34,418 nucleotides of DNA, taken from positions 1 through 34,418 of the IMG/VR virus record IMGVR_UViG_3300017766_003471; one strand, written 5' to 3'. Below are positions 19,821 through 28,212 of this stretch, piece after piece (the stretch's first letter is position 1; each line of letters starts with the position of its first letter). A program made the position numbers and the translations under genes. The notes below the pieces were generated by a model, which worked only from the letters and a program-made list of their open reading frames with translations, did not search any database and was not told where the DNA came from. The stretch is from a virus. Its lineage: Duplodnaviria; Caudoviricetes.

Positions 19821-19829
19821 ATATTTATA
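19821..19829 (+). promoter_or_regulatory. ATATTTATA promoter motif
   Basis: Recurrent intergenic motif. Confidence 0.55.
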
Positions 19830-19844
19830 TAAAAAAGGAAAATT

Positions 19845-20018
19845 ATGAAACTTACACAAGAACAAGTACTTGGAATCATACGACACACTTTGACTTTCGT
19901 TGGAGGTATTGTTATTGCTCGAGGTTTAGCTGACGAAACTGTGGTTACTGAAATCATTGGTGGCGTTGTAACACTTACTGGTGCTATCTGGTCTATCGTA
20001 GATAAAAACAAGGCTTAA
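19845..20018 (+). CDS. 57-aa two-TM putative holin (Pam3-gp28-like); absent from the ORF track
   Basis: Manual translation MKLTQEQVLGIIRHTLTFVGGIVIARGLADETVVTEIIGGVVTLTGAIWSIVDKNKA; fills the gap and follows the promoter motif. Confidence 0.8.
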   Translation: MKLTQEQVLGIIRHTLTFVGGIVIARGLADETVVTEIIGGVVTLTGAIWSIVDKNKA

Positions 20019-20020
20019 TC

Positions 20021-20491
20021 ATGAAACGACTTAACGAATGTGGTTGCGGTTGTGGAGGAATGTCCGGAGGATGCCAAGACACGGAAAGCAACAACTACAT
20101 GTTCTTTCAGAATTTAAAAACGATTCAACATGCAGTTAGTGAACTTCTAGAAATGGATCCAATGCAGGTAGATAAATTGTTAAGTGATGGACATGCATGG
20201 GCTGTTGATCATATAACAACTTCTGCGGATGATGTAGAAGAAGTATATCATTTCATTACTAGCAATTTTGGTCATGATGATCAAGATGCATACAATTCTC
20301 AACAACCACAATTCGTTCCAGTCAATTTTAAAAATCATCTTAAACGTGCAATGAATGAAAAAATTCAAAAAGTAGAAGGTGGTTGGGCAGTATATCCTAG
20401 TAAAGGCGGAAAACGTTTAGGAACGCATCCTACAAAAAAAGCAGCACTTAAACAATTAGCAGCAATTGAAATCTCAAAACATAGAAAATAA
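20021..20491 (+). CDS. hypothetical two-domain phage protein
   Basis: ECGCGCGG leader; NYMFF..GHAWAVDHI domain; after AMNE a small basic domain (GGWAVY..GKRLGTHPTK..A.KQL.AIE). Confidence 0.65.
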   Translation: MKRLNECGCGCGGMSGGCQDTESNNYMFFQNLKTIQHAVSELLEMDPMQVDKLLSDGHAWAVDHITTSADDVEEVYHFITSNFGHDDQDAYNSQQPQFVPVNFKNHLKRAMNEKIQKVEGGWAVYPSKGGKRLGTHPTKKAALKQLAAIEISKHRK

Positions 20492-20492
20492 C

Positions 20493-20894
20493 ATGTTCGA
20501 ACAGATACTACATAGTATCAATCATTATGGTAAAACCAAGTTAGCTCCGTCGCTCATATGTGACGGAGTTGGTGTTTTCGCAATTACAGAAATTGTCGCA
20601 GGTTTCGTTTTATTTCAAGATGTTGAACCAGATTCAATTCATATTCCTTTTGATCAAATTGATAATGAAACCACACGCGCATATTTAAACTCTACATGTA
20701 ATTCAGATAAATTTGGAATTTGGCTTTCTAGAACATATAATAATATTAATATGGCATACTATATCAACCATTCAGAAACGCCTAATGTATTTCATGATTT
20801 AACGTTAGATAAATACATTGCACTTCGAGATATTTGTGCTGGAGAAGAATTAACATGTTTATATACTAACGAGGAAATAGATTGGCTTACTTAA
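20493..20894 (+). CDS. SET-domain lysine methyltransferase
   Basis: GVGVFA..I..G, YINHSETPNV, ALRDI.AGEELTCLY; start reassigned to ATG 20493. Confidence 0.85.
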   Translation: MFEQILHSINHYGKTKLAPSLICDGVGVFAITEIVAGFVLFQDVEPDSIHIPFDQIDNETTRAYLNSTCNSDKFGIWLSRTYNNINMAYYINHSETPNVFHDLTLDKYIALRDICAGEELTCLYTNEEIDWLT

Positions 20895-21520
20895 ACGCAA
20901 ACATACCAACCATTACATGTTTTATACGTAATGAATTTTTATTTAATTTTGAACGAGGACAAAATGAATATACTGCTGCAGATGTACATTCCGTAGCATC
21001 GATACAAAAAAGAACGCCATTATTTGAAGCATTTCTAGAAAATGGAGTAAATTGGACACGAAGACCAATTCATGCATTTTGTTGGAAGAAGAATGCTGAA
21101 ACGTTGCCATTAACGGAACATGTATATTGGGATTGTTTTTCTTCTTACATTGATGTTCAAGTACGAGAACGATTATCGGGGTTACGTGCAGATCTGATTA
21201 GCATTACGGGTGTCAAGCGCCAAGGGGTGTATATGTTTACATTAGATTGGAGTCATGAAAATCGCAATGTATTAGACACTAATTTTTCTGAAACTCCAGA
21301 ACATAAATGCGGACATGTATTCAAAATGGATAACGGAAACTATTTTATATATCCTAACAATAGAATCATATGGATGGATAATGCTTGGACATTTAATAGA
21401 ATAGATAAGAATCCCGGATATAAGATTGATATGACTGTTTATTCCGTTGAGGGAAAAGCTGGTTATGAAACAGACTATTCATATATGACGGAGTTTAAAC
21501 AAGATAAAACAAACAAGTAA
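20882..21520 (+). CDS. hypothetical phage protein (MAYLNANIP type)
   Basis: TTG start; PIHAF, WDCFS, YMFTLDW, EHKCGH, YPNNR. Confidence 0.7.
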   Translation: MAYLNANIPTITCFIRNEFLFNFERGQNEYTAADVHSVASIQKRTPLFEAFLENGVNWTRRPIHAFCWKKNAETLPLTEHVYWDCFSSYIDVQVRERLSGLRADLISITGVKRQGVYMFTLDWSHENRNVLDTNFSETPEHKCGHVFKMDNGNYFIYPNNRIIWMDNAWTFNRIDKNPGYKIDMTVYSVEGKAGYETDYSYMTEFKQDKTNK

Positions 21521-21527
21521 TATTTAT
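21520..21527 (+). promoter_or_regulatory. ATATTTAT promoter motif, 4 nt before the ATG
   Basis: Recurrent intergenic motif. Confidence 0.5.
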
Positions 21528-21531
21528 TAAT

Positions 21532-21864
21532 ATGAAACTAATAAATTTACTTTTTGAATCAAAAGATAAACCTGACACTTTCGAATCATTTGCAGATACT
21601 AGAGAAGCGGGAGCCGAGAAGATTGCGAATACCGCACATAAAAAAGGTGGATTAGCACTTTTAACGTGGCATCATTTCAAAGTTAAATTGCCTTACTATA
21701 AAAAAGCAGCAGCAGGACGGTTTGACTTAGACAAAGCAAAAAAGGAATTTGAAGAAACATATAAAAAGATATCTACTTCAATGTCACAAACCGAATTTCA
21801 ACGAGAAGTAGGTCGATTAGAAGTATTAGGTGAATTAATAATTAGAGAGGAACGAGGACGATGA
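21532..21864 (+). CDS. hypothetical protein with MKLINLLFE leader
   Basis: 110 aa ORF, ATGA-coupled to the next gene. Confidence 0.7.
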   Translation: MKLINLLFESKDKPDTFESFADTREAGAEKIANTAHKKGGLALLTWHHFKVKLPYYKKAAAGRFDLDKAKKEFEETYKKISTSMSQTEFQREVGRLEVLGELIIREERGR

Positions 21865-22556
21865 TACGCCTTACATCTTTATTAAACGAAGGCAATGGTC
21901 CATTAACTGGTAAATGGTTAGATACTGGAGTCGGTTTAGCTAAATTATTAATTGCTCGTGGATTTTCAAAAGAAGCTGCAAGTGCCATTGTTGGAAATAT
22001 GTGGGCAGAATCCACATTCAATCCTGCAGCATCAAATGCAATTGGAGCATTTGGTTTATTGCAATGGTTAGGTGATCGTAAAAAAGAATTAATCAAATTT
22101 GCAAACAGCCGTAAAATGAATCCAAACTCACTTAAAACTCAATTGGATTTTATCAAGTATGAATTGCTAGATGCATATGATGGTGAGTATGCATATGAAG
22201 CAAATCAATTTAAAAAAGCCATGGCGTCTGATACCGTAACAGGAAAGGCTTATGCATTTGCTAAGTTTGTTGAACGTCCTAATAGTTCAGAATTAACTGC
22301 ATCAGCTAGTTCAAGAAAAATTGCAGCAAAAAATGTATATGATGTTTTAACTGGAATAAAACCTAAAAAAACTGCAGCTACAACACTTGGAAAAGCTTCT
22401 ACAAAAAAATCATCTAAAAAACAATATACAGTTAAACAAGGTGAAACGTTAGGTGGCATTGCAAATCGCAATAAAACAACGATAGATGCAATTCTTAAAA
22501 AGAATAAAGGACTTAAAGCTAATAAGATTGCAGTAGGGCAAAAACTATATATTTAA
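21861..22556 (+). CDS. phage tail lysozyme (Phage_lysozyme2-like) + LysM
   Basis: AASAIVGNMWAES.FNP, GAFGLLQW..R, QLDFI..EL, FVERP; C-terminal YTVKQGETLGGIA...N....I.VGQKL. Confidence 0.88.
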   Translation: MIRLTSLLNEGNGPLTGKWLDTGVGLAKLLIARGFSKEAASAIVGNMWAESTFNPAASNAIGAFGLLQWLGDRKKELIKFANSRKMNPNSLKTQLDFIKYELLDAYDGEYAYEANQFKKAMASDTVTGKAYAFAKFVERPNSSELTASASSRKIAAKNVYDVLTGIKPKKTAATTLGKASTKKSSKKQYTVKQGETLGGIANRNKTTIDAILKKNKGLKANKIAVGQKLYI

Positions 22557-22585
22557 TTGGATATTGCAAAAATAATTCATATTAT
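22557..22585 (+). promoter_or_regulatory. TTGGAT-N17-TATTAT promoter
   Basis: Same layout as 28165-28193. Confidence 0.55.
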
Positions 22586-22590
22586 AAGTT

Positions 22591-22803
22591 ATGATCTTAG
22601 AAAATTATATTAACCAGTTATTCGTTGATTCAATCAATATCATGAAAACCGAAGAATGGGAATGGCCTGAGTCATGGAACATTTCAAGGAAAATCAAGTT
22701 TCTAGATGAATCATTACAATATGCAGAAAAACGAGAATTTTATGAGCAATGCGCAATCATTAGAGATGTCAAAAAAAGCATCAACGAAGACCAAACAACC
22801 TAA
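22591..22803 (+). CDS. small UVR (UvrB/UvrC) motif protein
   Basis: LQYAEKREFYEQCAIIRD resembles the A-xx-E-x-[FY]-E-x-A-A-xx-RD pattern. Confidence 0.6.
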   Translation: MILENYINQLFVDSINIMKTEEWEWPESWNISRKIKFLDESLQYAEKREFYEQCAIIRDVKKSINEDQTT

Positions 22804-23062
22804 AACAAATCGCGGACTTTATGAAGTTATAATTCATAATGACTCTGTTAATACATTTGATCATGTAATTGATTGTTTGATTGATATTTGTGGACATAAT
22901 AACCTACAAGCTCAACAATGTGCATTAATTACGCATACGCGCGGCAGCTGTTCGGTATTTGTTGATGGATTTGAAATGTGCACGGAAATAAGCAAACTAT
23001 TAACACAACAACGTATTAAAACATCAGTAAACAAATTTAATAGCCGTTATGAAATTGATTAA
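22766..23062 (+). CDS. clpS: ATP-dependent Clp protease adaptor ClpS
   Basis: VIIHNDSVNTFDHVIDCL...A.QCALITH.RG.C.V; start reassigned to ATG 22766. Confidence 0.85.
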   Translation: MSKKASTKTKQPKTNRGLYEVIIHNDSVNTFDHVIDCLIDICGHNNLQAQQCALITHTRGSCSVFVDGFEMCTEISKLLTQQRIKTSVNKFNSRYEID

Positions 23063-23252
23063 TACTATATCAAAACTATTAGCAAAAATCCGTGTCGGAT
23101 TTCTTCATGCAGCATTTCAACGCAATATGCGAAAAGCAAACGTAGCTAGAAACAAACATGATATCGTTACATTCAAAAAACATATATATCAAGCGGAAGA
23201 TGCTTGGCGTAAAATAGTTATATTAACACAAAAAATAAAAGCAAATGGGTAA
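23049..23252 (+). CDS. hypothetical protein
   Basis: 67 aa basic ORF overlapping both neighbours. Confidence 0.6.
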   Translation: MKLINTISKLLAKIRVGFLHAAFQRNMRKANVARNKHDIVTFKKHIYQAEDAWRKIVILTQKIKANG

Positions 23253-23631
23253 GAAATCAGCACACACAGGAATGTCTCCAAAGGATCGTTCAATCAACTT
23301 AATGGACAAATTCATTTCAAAGAATGCACGTAACCAAAGTCAACAACCTAGACAACCTGCACTTAGAAAAGATCCTAACATTCCAATTCATATGTGGCCA
23401 TTAAAAGATCAAATTGAATATTGGGATACGCGTTCAGCAGAAGATTGGTTTAAAGATAAGTATCCGGTATATTCATATTGGATCGATGAAGTAAAAAAAG
23501 AAAGCAAAGTACATTCAACATTCTTCGCAGATCAGACTCTTAAATTAAAACCAATGTTAATAGAAATGTATGATGCTGCTACACCAGTAAAAGAAGCTGT
23601 TAGACAACTTCGTAAGCACGGAATATACTAA
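23245..23631 (+). CDS. hypothetical protein
   Basis: 128 aa ORF, TAATG-coupled to the next gene. Confidence 0.65.
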   Translation: MGKKSAHTGMSPKDRSINLMDKFISKNARNQSQQPRQPALRKDPNIPIHMWPLKDQIEYWDTRSAEDWFKDKYPVYSYWIDEVKKESKVHSTFFADQTLKLKPMLIEMYDAATPVKEAVRQLRKHGIY

Positions 23632-24185
23632 TGGAAGAAAAGCAGTACAAGTACGTATATGGTATAGGTAAAACGGCCTTAGACATACCTGAAAGTGAAA
23701 TTCGGTATGCCATGGAAAATACTAAGTCAAATGCTGAAGCTGCTCGTTTTTTAAAAGTATCATTCACAACATATAAAAAGTATGCACGACTCTATACGGA
23801 TCGAGAAACTGGTAAGACACTTTATGAATTGCATAAAAATCAGTTTGGAATCGGCATACCAAAAGATGTTCAAAAAGCCAATAAAGGTATATACAGCATA
23901 ACAAATATACTTGAAGGTAAGCATCCTAACTATCCAACATGGAAACTTCGTAACAGATTATTAGCATTAGGTATATTTAAAGAAGAATGTGCAAGCTGCG
24001 GATATTCAGAACGCAGAATAACAGATGATACAGTTCCATTGCTCTTAGATCATATAGACGGTGATGAAACTAATCATGTTGTAGAGAATTTGCAAATGCT
24101 TTGCTTCAATTGTTATTATCAACAAACCGGTAATCCTTTCAATCAAGACAAAGAACGTTATTGGAATTATAATTTATTAGAATGA
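23631..24185 (+). CDS. HTH + HNH endonuclease-like protein
   Basis: SNAEAARFLKVSFTTYKKY (HTH); CASC...LDHIDGDETN...NLQMLCFNC. Confidence 0.8.
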   Translation: MEEKQYKYVYGIGKTALDIPESEIRYAMENTKSNAEAARFLKVSFTTYKKYARLYTDRETGKTLYELHKNQFGIGIPKDVQKANKGIYSITNILEGKHPNYPTWKLRNRLLALGIFKEECASCGYSERRITDDTVPLLLDHIDGDETNHVVENLQMLCFNCYYQQTGNPFNQDKERYWNYNLLE

Positions 24186-24192
24186 TATTTAT
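24185..24192 (+). promoter_or_regulatory. ATATTTAT promoter motif
   Basis: ATATTTATTATAAAGTTAAAGG resembles the 1490/31606 element. Confidence 0.55.
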
Positions 24193-24212
24193 TATAAAGT
24201 TAAAGGAATATC

Positions 24213-24557
24213 ATGAAATTATTACAACGTTTAATTCAATTGTTCATGAAAGGTGGACGAACTGGTGGAGGACGTATAATAGCTAGGAATATATCAAAAG
24301 CACAACGTTTAAAACAATTTCAGCGAGAGCTAGAAATGAATCCACAATTCCGTAAAAAATTTGAGTATTTATCACAAAGCGGAAAAAAACAAGAACATAT
24401 AAAATTCATTAAGGATTATTTAGCCGGTCGCAAAAAAATGACAGACTACATAAAACCATCTAAGTATGATAAAAAATGGGGCAATGCACGAGATTGGCAA
24501 TCTAAAAGTGTATTAAAAAATCCGCATGGAGGAGAAGGCTACGGAGGCGGTTGGTAA
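24213..24557 (+). CDS. basic hypothetical protein
   Basis: 114 aa; N-terminus resembles that of the next gene. Confidence 0.65.
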   Translation: MKLLQRLIQLFMKGGRTGGGRIIARNISKAQRLKQFQRELEMNPQFRKKFEYLSQSGKKQEHIKFIKDYLAGRKKMTDYIKPSKYDKKWGNARDWQSKSVLKNPHGGEGYGGGW

Positions 24558-25780
24558 TGCGACTATTACAAACATTAGTACGATCTTTAATTAAATTGTT
24601 TTCCAAAGGTGGTAAAATCAAAGGTGGTAAATTTATTCCACCTAATCCAACAGCTATTAAAAATTTACAAAAGCTAGAAAGACTACAACAAACTAATCCG
24701 GAAGTATGGAACAAGTTATCAAAATTACCAAAACAAGAACAAATTGAAATTTTAAAAAAAACAAAACAAGGTAAGCTATCAATATCACAACTAATTGATA
24801 AAGTAAAATCTGCAGGAAGAAAAATTAAAGCACGTGCAGTAACGCCAATTGGATACAATTTATCAAAACCTTTTGGCATTCCGTTAGAAATACTTTTACC
24901 TAAGATTGGGCCTAAATATCAATCACTTCGAAATCGGTATGATGCGTGGTACTTATACAATAATGCTCCGCAAAAATACAATTCATTGATAAAAATAGGT
25001 ACTCATACAGACGGATTACCAGCATATAGTATAAAAAATTTTACAATTGCAAAAAATGAAATTGATGCTATAATACGTAATCCAAAACAAAAAGACATAT
25101 TAACAACATTTAATTTTGGCGGAGTACATGGTAATGGTGGTGCATATAAAGGTATTGATAAAAAAGGAAACTTCATTGTCTTTTATGACCATTGGGACTT
25201 ACAACCTTTAAAAGGAGTAGTTAATCGATTAGGTAAAAAACTAAAATTGCCAAAAACACAAACAGATAAAATTGCCAATTGGGAAGTAGGTGGAAAACCT
25301 TTTTGGACTAAGAATAAAATATATTATGATGATGCTGGCAATGTCTTTAGAGCTGATGGCAAAACGCCATTATATCAAACTAAAGGTACAATGTATAAAG
25401 ATATAACAACAGCTCCAGACCAAGCAATGCTAAATGTTAAAAATGTTAATAAAAGAAAATCTGCATTACAGCGTTTAGGTAAGAAAGAAGTTACAGTATA
25501 TTCAACAGAGCCAATAACACCAGAAACATTGTCTGCTATGTTAGGCGAATGGGGAACGCATCTTAAATATAGCAAAATCAAATCAACAGCTATGATAGCA
25601 ACCGGTACATTTGCAGGATTAGGTGCATTGGCATCATATATTATTAGTAAAGATGATGACCAAAGACGTAAAGTTGGTGAATACATGATAAAAAATAAAT
25701 TATCACAAAAAGATCTCAATAATAAACTTCAAGATAAACAATTTGCATCTAAACTAGATAAACAAATAGGCATTAAATGA
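24557..25780 (+). CDS. basic hypothetical protein with one C-terminal hydrophobic segment
   Basis: TAATG overlap gives ATG 24557; YDHWDLQP...GGKPF; AMIATGTFAGLGALASYII. Confidence 0.7.
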   Translation: MRLLQTLVRSLIKLFSKGGKIKGGKFIPPNPTAIKNLQKLERLQQTNPEVWNKLSKLPKQEQIEILKKTKQGKLSISQLIDKVKSAGRKIKARAVTPIGYNLSKPFGIPLEILLPKIGPKYQSLRNRYDAWYLYNNAPQKYNSLIKIGTHTDGLPAYSIKNFTIAKNEIDAIIRNPKQKDILTTFNFGGVHGNGGAYKGIDKKGNFIVFYDHWDLQPLKGVVNRLGKKLKLPKTQTDKIANWEVGGKPFWTKNKIYYDDAGNVFRADGKTPLYQTKGTMYKDITTAPDQAMLNVKNVNKRKSALQRLGKKEVTVYSTEPITPETLSAMLGEWGTHLKYSKIKSTAMIATGTFAGLGALASYIISKDDDQRRKVGEYMIKNKLSQKDLNNKLQDKQFASKLDKQIGIK

Positions 25781-26526
25781 TATCACTTAAAACATTGATT
25801 GTAGAAGGCCGTTATGATAGTTTAGTAACTAAGTTATCTAATAAACTTTTAGGTATCGTTAAAGATAGTTATGCTGCCACAAAAGATCTGGAAGGGCGTT
25901 TTGCTGGAGAAAAGATTTATTTCAAACAAGATGAAGAAGTTCCTTTAATCATTGATGATAAGAAGCAACGTCATATATATTTTGAAGAAGTAGAAAACAA
26001 AGATATTCCTGTAGAGTTTTATTTGCAACTTAAGGTACAATGGATAGAAGGATTTGATGATTTCACTTATGGAGGAGATGCATATAATTCTGATAAACGA
26101 GATTCAGACGAATTGCCATTGATAGAAATACGATTCCAATTCGACCCGGCAGAATATCCTCAAATTTTAAGTGAGGTAGCAATGGAACTAAGAGACATAC
26201 TTCGACATGAAATTGAACATGTAACACAAAGTGGTTGGAACTTAATTGCTAGCAAATATCTACGTTCAGATATAGGACTTCGTGCTAAGATTGAATCGGG
26301 AGAATTACCTCCAGTTCGATACTTTTTATTGCCCAAAGAAATACCAGCAATGATTCAAGGCTTGTATTCAAAAGCTAAAAAAGCAAAACAACCATTTCAG
26401 CAAGTTGTTGATAATTATTTAAGTATATGGGTTGATAATGGCAACCTAACGCAACAAGATAAAGAAAAAATAATAACAACATGGAGGACATATCTTCCTA
26501 AGTTAGCAATACGTCAGGAGTTGTAA
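25777..26526 (+). CDS. HEXXH zincin-like metallopeptidase-domain protein
   Basis: LRHEIEHVTQ followed by Y...P.EIPA; MISLKTLIVE leader. Confidence 0.65.
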   Translation: MISLKTLIVEGRYDSLVTKLSNKLLGIVKDSYAATKDLEGRFAGEKIYFKQDEEVPLIIDDKKQRHIYFEEVENKDIPVEFYLQLKVQWIEGFDDFTYGGDAYNSDKRDSDELPLIEIRFQFDPAEYPQILSEVAMELRDILRHEIEHVTQSGWNLIASKYLRSDIGLRAKIESGELPPVRYFLLPKEIPAMIQGLYSKAKKAKQPFQQVVDNYLSIWVDNGNLTQQDKEKIITTWRTYLPKLAIRQEL

Positions 26527-26963
26527 TGCAATATATTGATGAATCAGATCCATGTTGGTCTGGATATGAAATGATTGGTATGAAGAAAAAAGGAGGACGC
26601 AAAGTTCCTAACTGCGTACCAATCAATGAAGCAGATGGATATTGTCCAAGCTGTTTAATTGAATACATTAAAAAACATGCAGATCTAGATGAATATATTG
26701 ATATTGCATATCCAGGAGTAAATGAATCAGAATATCAAGGACGCAAAGTTAAACTTGGCAAACCAATGCAAGGCGATGTTAAGAAATTCAAAGTCTACGT
26801 TAAGAACGCTAAAGGCAACGTTGTAAAGGTCAACTTTGGAGACCCTAACATGAGAATCCGCAAGAACAATCCTGCACGTAGGCGTTCATTTAGAGCAAGA
26901 CACCGTTGTCATACAGCAAATGATAGAACCTCAGCACGTTATTGGTCTTGTCGTAAATGGTGA
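26526..26963 (+). CDS. phage protein with CWxGY...VPNCVP and RSFRARH.C...YWSC domains
   Basis: Both motifs recalled from large T4-like phage proteins. Confidence 0.7.
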   Translation: MQYIDESDPCWSGYEMIGMKKKGGRKVPNCVPINEADGYCPSCLIEYIKKHADLDEYIDIAYPGVNESEYQGRKVKLGKPMQGDVKKFKVYVKNAKGNVVKVNFGDPNMRIRKNNPARRRSFRARHRCHTANDRTSARYWSCRKW

Positions 26964-26995
26964 TTTGAATTTTAAATTATTTTCTGTATATTTAT
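26964..26995 (+). promoter_or_regulatory. TTTG-N19-TATATTTA promoter (Bacteroidota -33/-7-like)
   Basis: TTTG at 26964-26967 and TATATTTA at 26987-26994; one mismatch to TAnnTTTG. Confidence 0.6.
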
Positions 26996-26999
26996 TTAT

Positions 27000-27113
27000 A
27001 TGGAGAAGATTCAAGTTACGATGCAAGAAGTTTGGCAGGCTACACGTCCTGTAATACAACGCAATCGCAAAAAGTATACTAGAAAATTAAAACACAAAAA
27101 ACAAGACATATGA
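27000..27113 (+). CDS. 37-aa basic peptide, ArfA-like; absent from the ORF track
   Basis: Manual translation MEKIQVTMQEVWQATRPVIQRNRKKYTRKLKHKKQDI; promoter upstream, ATGA overlap downstream. Confidence 0.7.
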   Translation: MEKIQVTMQEVWQATRPVIQRNRKKYTRKLKHKKQDI

Positions 27114-28162
27114 AACAGTTATTTTTATTTTTATTACTGCCGTTACTATCATTAACGCAAACATTGTATAAATTTGATTATGTAGAAACCTTTGATGCCG
27201 ATTGGTCTGGTGCATGGTGGGTTCCTGCTGCAACAACGGGATATTATACAAATGCATTTGTTTCTTCTACTTCGAGTGCCGCAATATACGGCGTAGGTAG
27301 TGGAACTAGTGTATATGAATCTGATTGGTATTCTTTTCCGAATCTAGTTGTTAACTCATCATATGATTATCAATTCAAATTTAGATTAGGCTCTTATAGA
27401 TTTACTTCAACGGCAACAACACGCGGTGTAGATGGTGCAGATTATGTTACGGTACAGCTATCTACAAATGGTGGAGTTAGTTATGTTAATGAATTACGCA
27501 TTACAGGAAATGCAAATGCATTTTGGGACTACAATGCAGCATCATACACAAAAACAGCTAATGGCACTTTGACAACTATAGGTCCTGCAGCCGGCGGAAA
27601 TAGAACAGCAACCGGAGATGGTTACTCTGTAATACAACTTAACATTCCTGCAGGAACAACGCAAATTGCAATTGACATATTTGCAAGAGCCAACTCTGCT
27701 GGCGAAGAATGGTGGATGGATAATTTTGAACTAACACGTATTGGAGGACCACTACCCGTAGAACTTTTATATTTTGATGCTACTGCATATCCAAAGTATA
27801 ACATGTTAACGTGGTCAACCGCATCAGAGAAAGATGCATCGCATTTTATTATAGAACGATCTGTGGATGCAGAAAATTGGATTAAAGTAGGAGAAAAAGC
27901 CGCAGCAGGAAATTCTTCAGAATTGCAAAACTATTCATATCAAGATGTCATAACGGAATCTGCAATACATTATTATAGATTAATACAATATGATATAGAT
28001 GGTGCATATGAGATATATGGGCCAATTGTAATTGACAATACTCGTAAATTGAAAAAAATTATCAAATATGTAGACTTAATGGGACGAGAAGTTACACCAG
28101 AAGCTCAAGGCATCATATTCGAAATATACGAAGATGGAACTAGCAAAAAAATCATAAGATAA
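27110..28162 (+). CDS. secreted beta-sandwich protein with LPVEL Ig-like domain and T9SS-CTD-like tail
   Basis: Signal peptide MKQLFLFLLLPLLSL; WWMDNF; PLPVELLYF..W.TASE....F.IERS.D...YYRL.Q.D.DG; YVDLMGR...GIIF...KKI. Confidence 0.75.
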   Translation: MKQLFLFLLLPLLSLTQTLYKFDYVETFDADWSGAWWVPAATTGYYTNAFVSSTSSAAIYGVGSGTSVYESDWYSFPNLVVNSSYDYQFKFRLGSYRFTSTATTRGVDGADYVTVQLSTNGGVSYVNELRITGNANAFWDYNAASYTKTANGTLTTIGPAAGGNRTATGDGYSVIQLNIPAGTTQIAIDIFARANSAGEEWWMDNFELTRIGGPLPVELLYFDATAYPKYNMLTWSTASEKDASHFIIERSVDAENWIKVGEKAAAGNSSELQNYSYQDVITESAIHYYRLIQYDIDGAYEIYGPIVIDNTRKLKKIIKYVDLMGREVTPEAQGIIFEIYEDGTSKKIIR

Positions 28163-28164
28163 GG

Positions 28165-28193
28165 TTGGATTCTAGCTTTTTATTTTATATAAT
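28165..28193 (+). promoter_or_regulatory. TTGGAT-N17-TATAAT promoter
   Basis: sigma70-like spacing, upstream of the MoxR gene. Confidence 0.6.
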
Positions 28194-28212
28194 ATAGAAA
28201 AATAAAAGAGCT

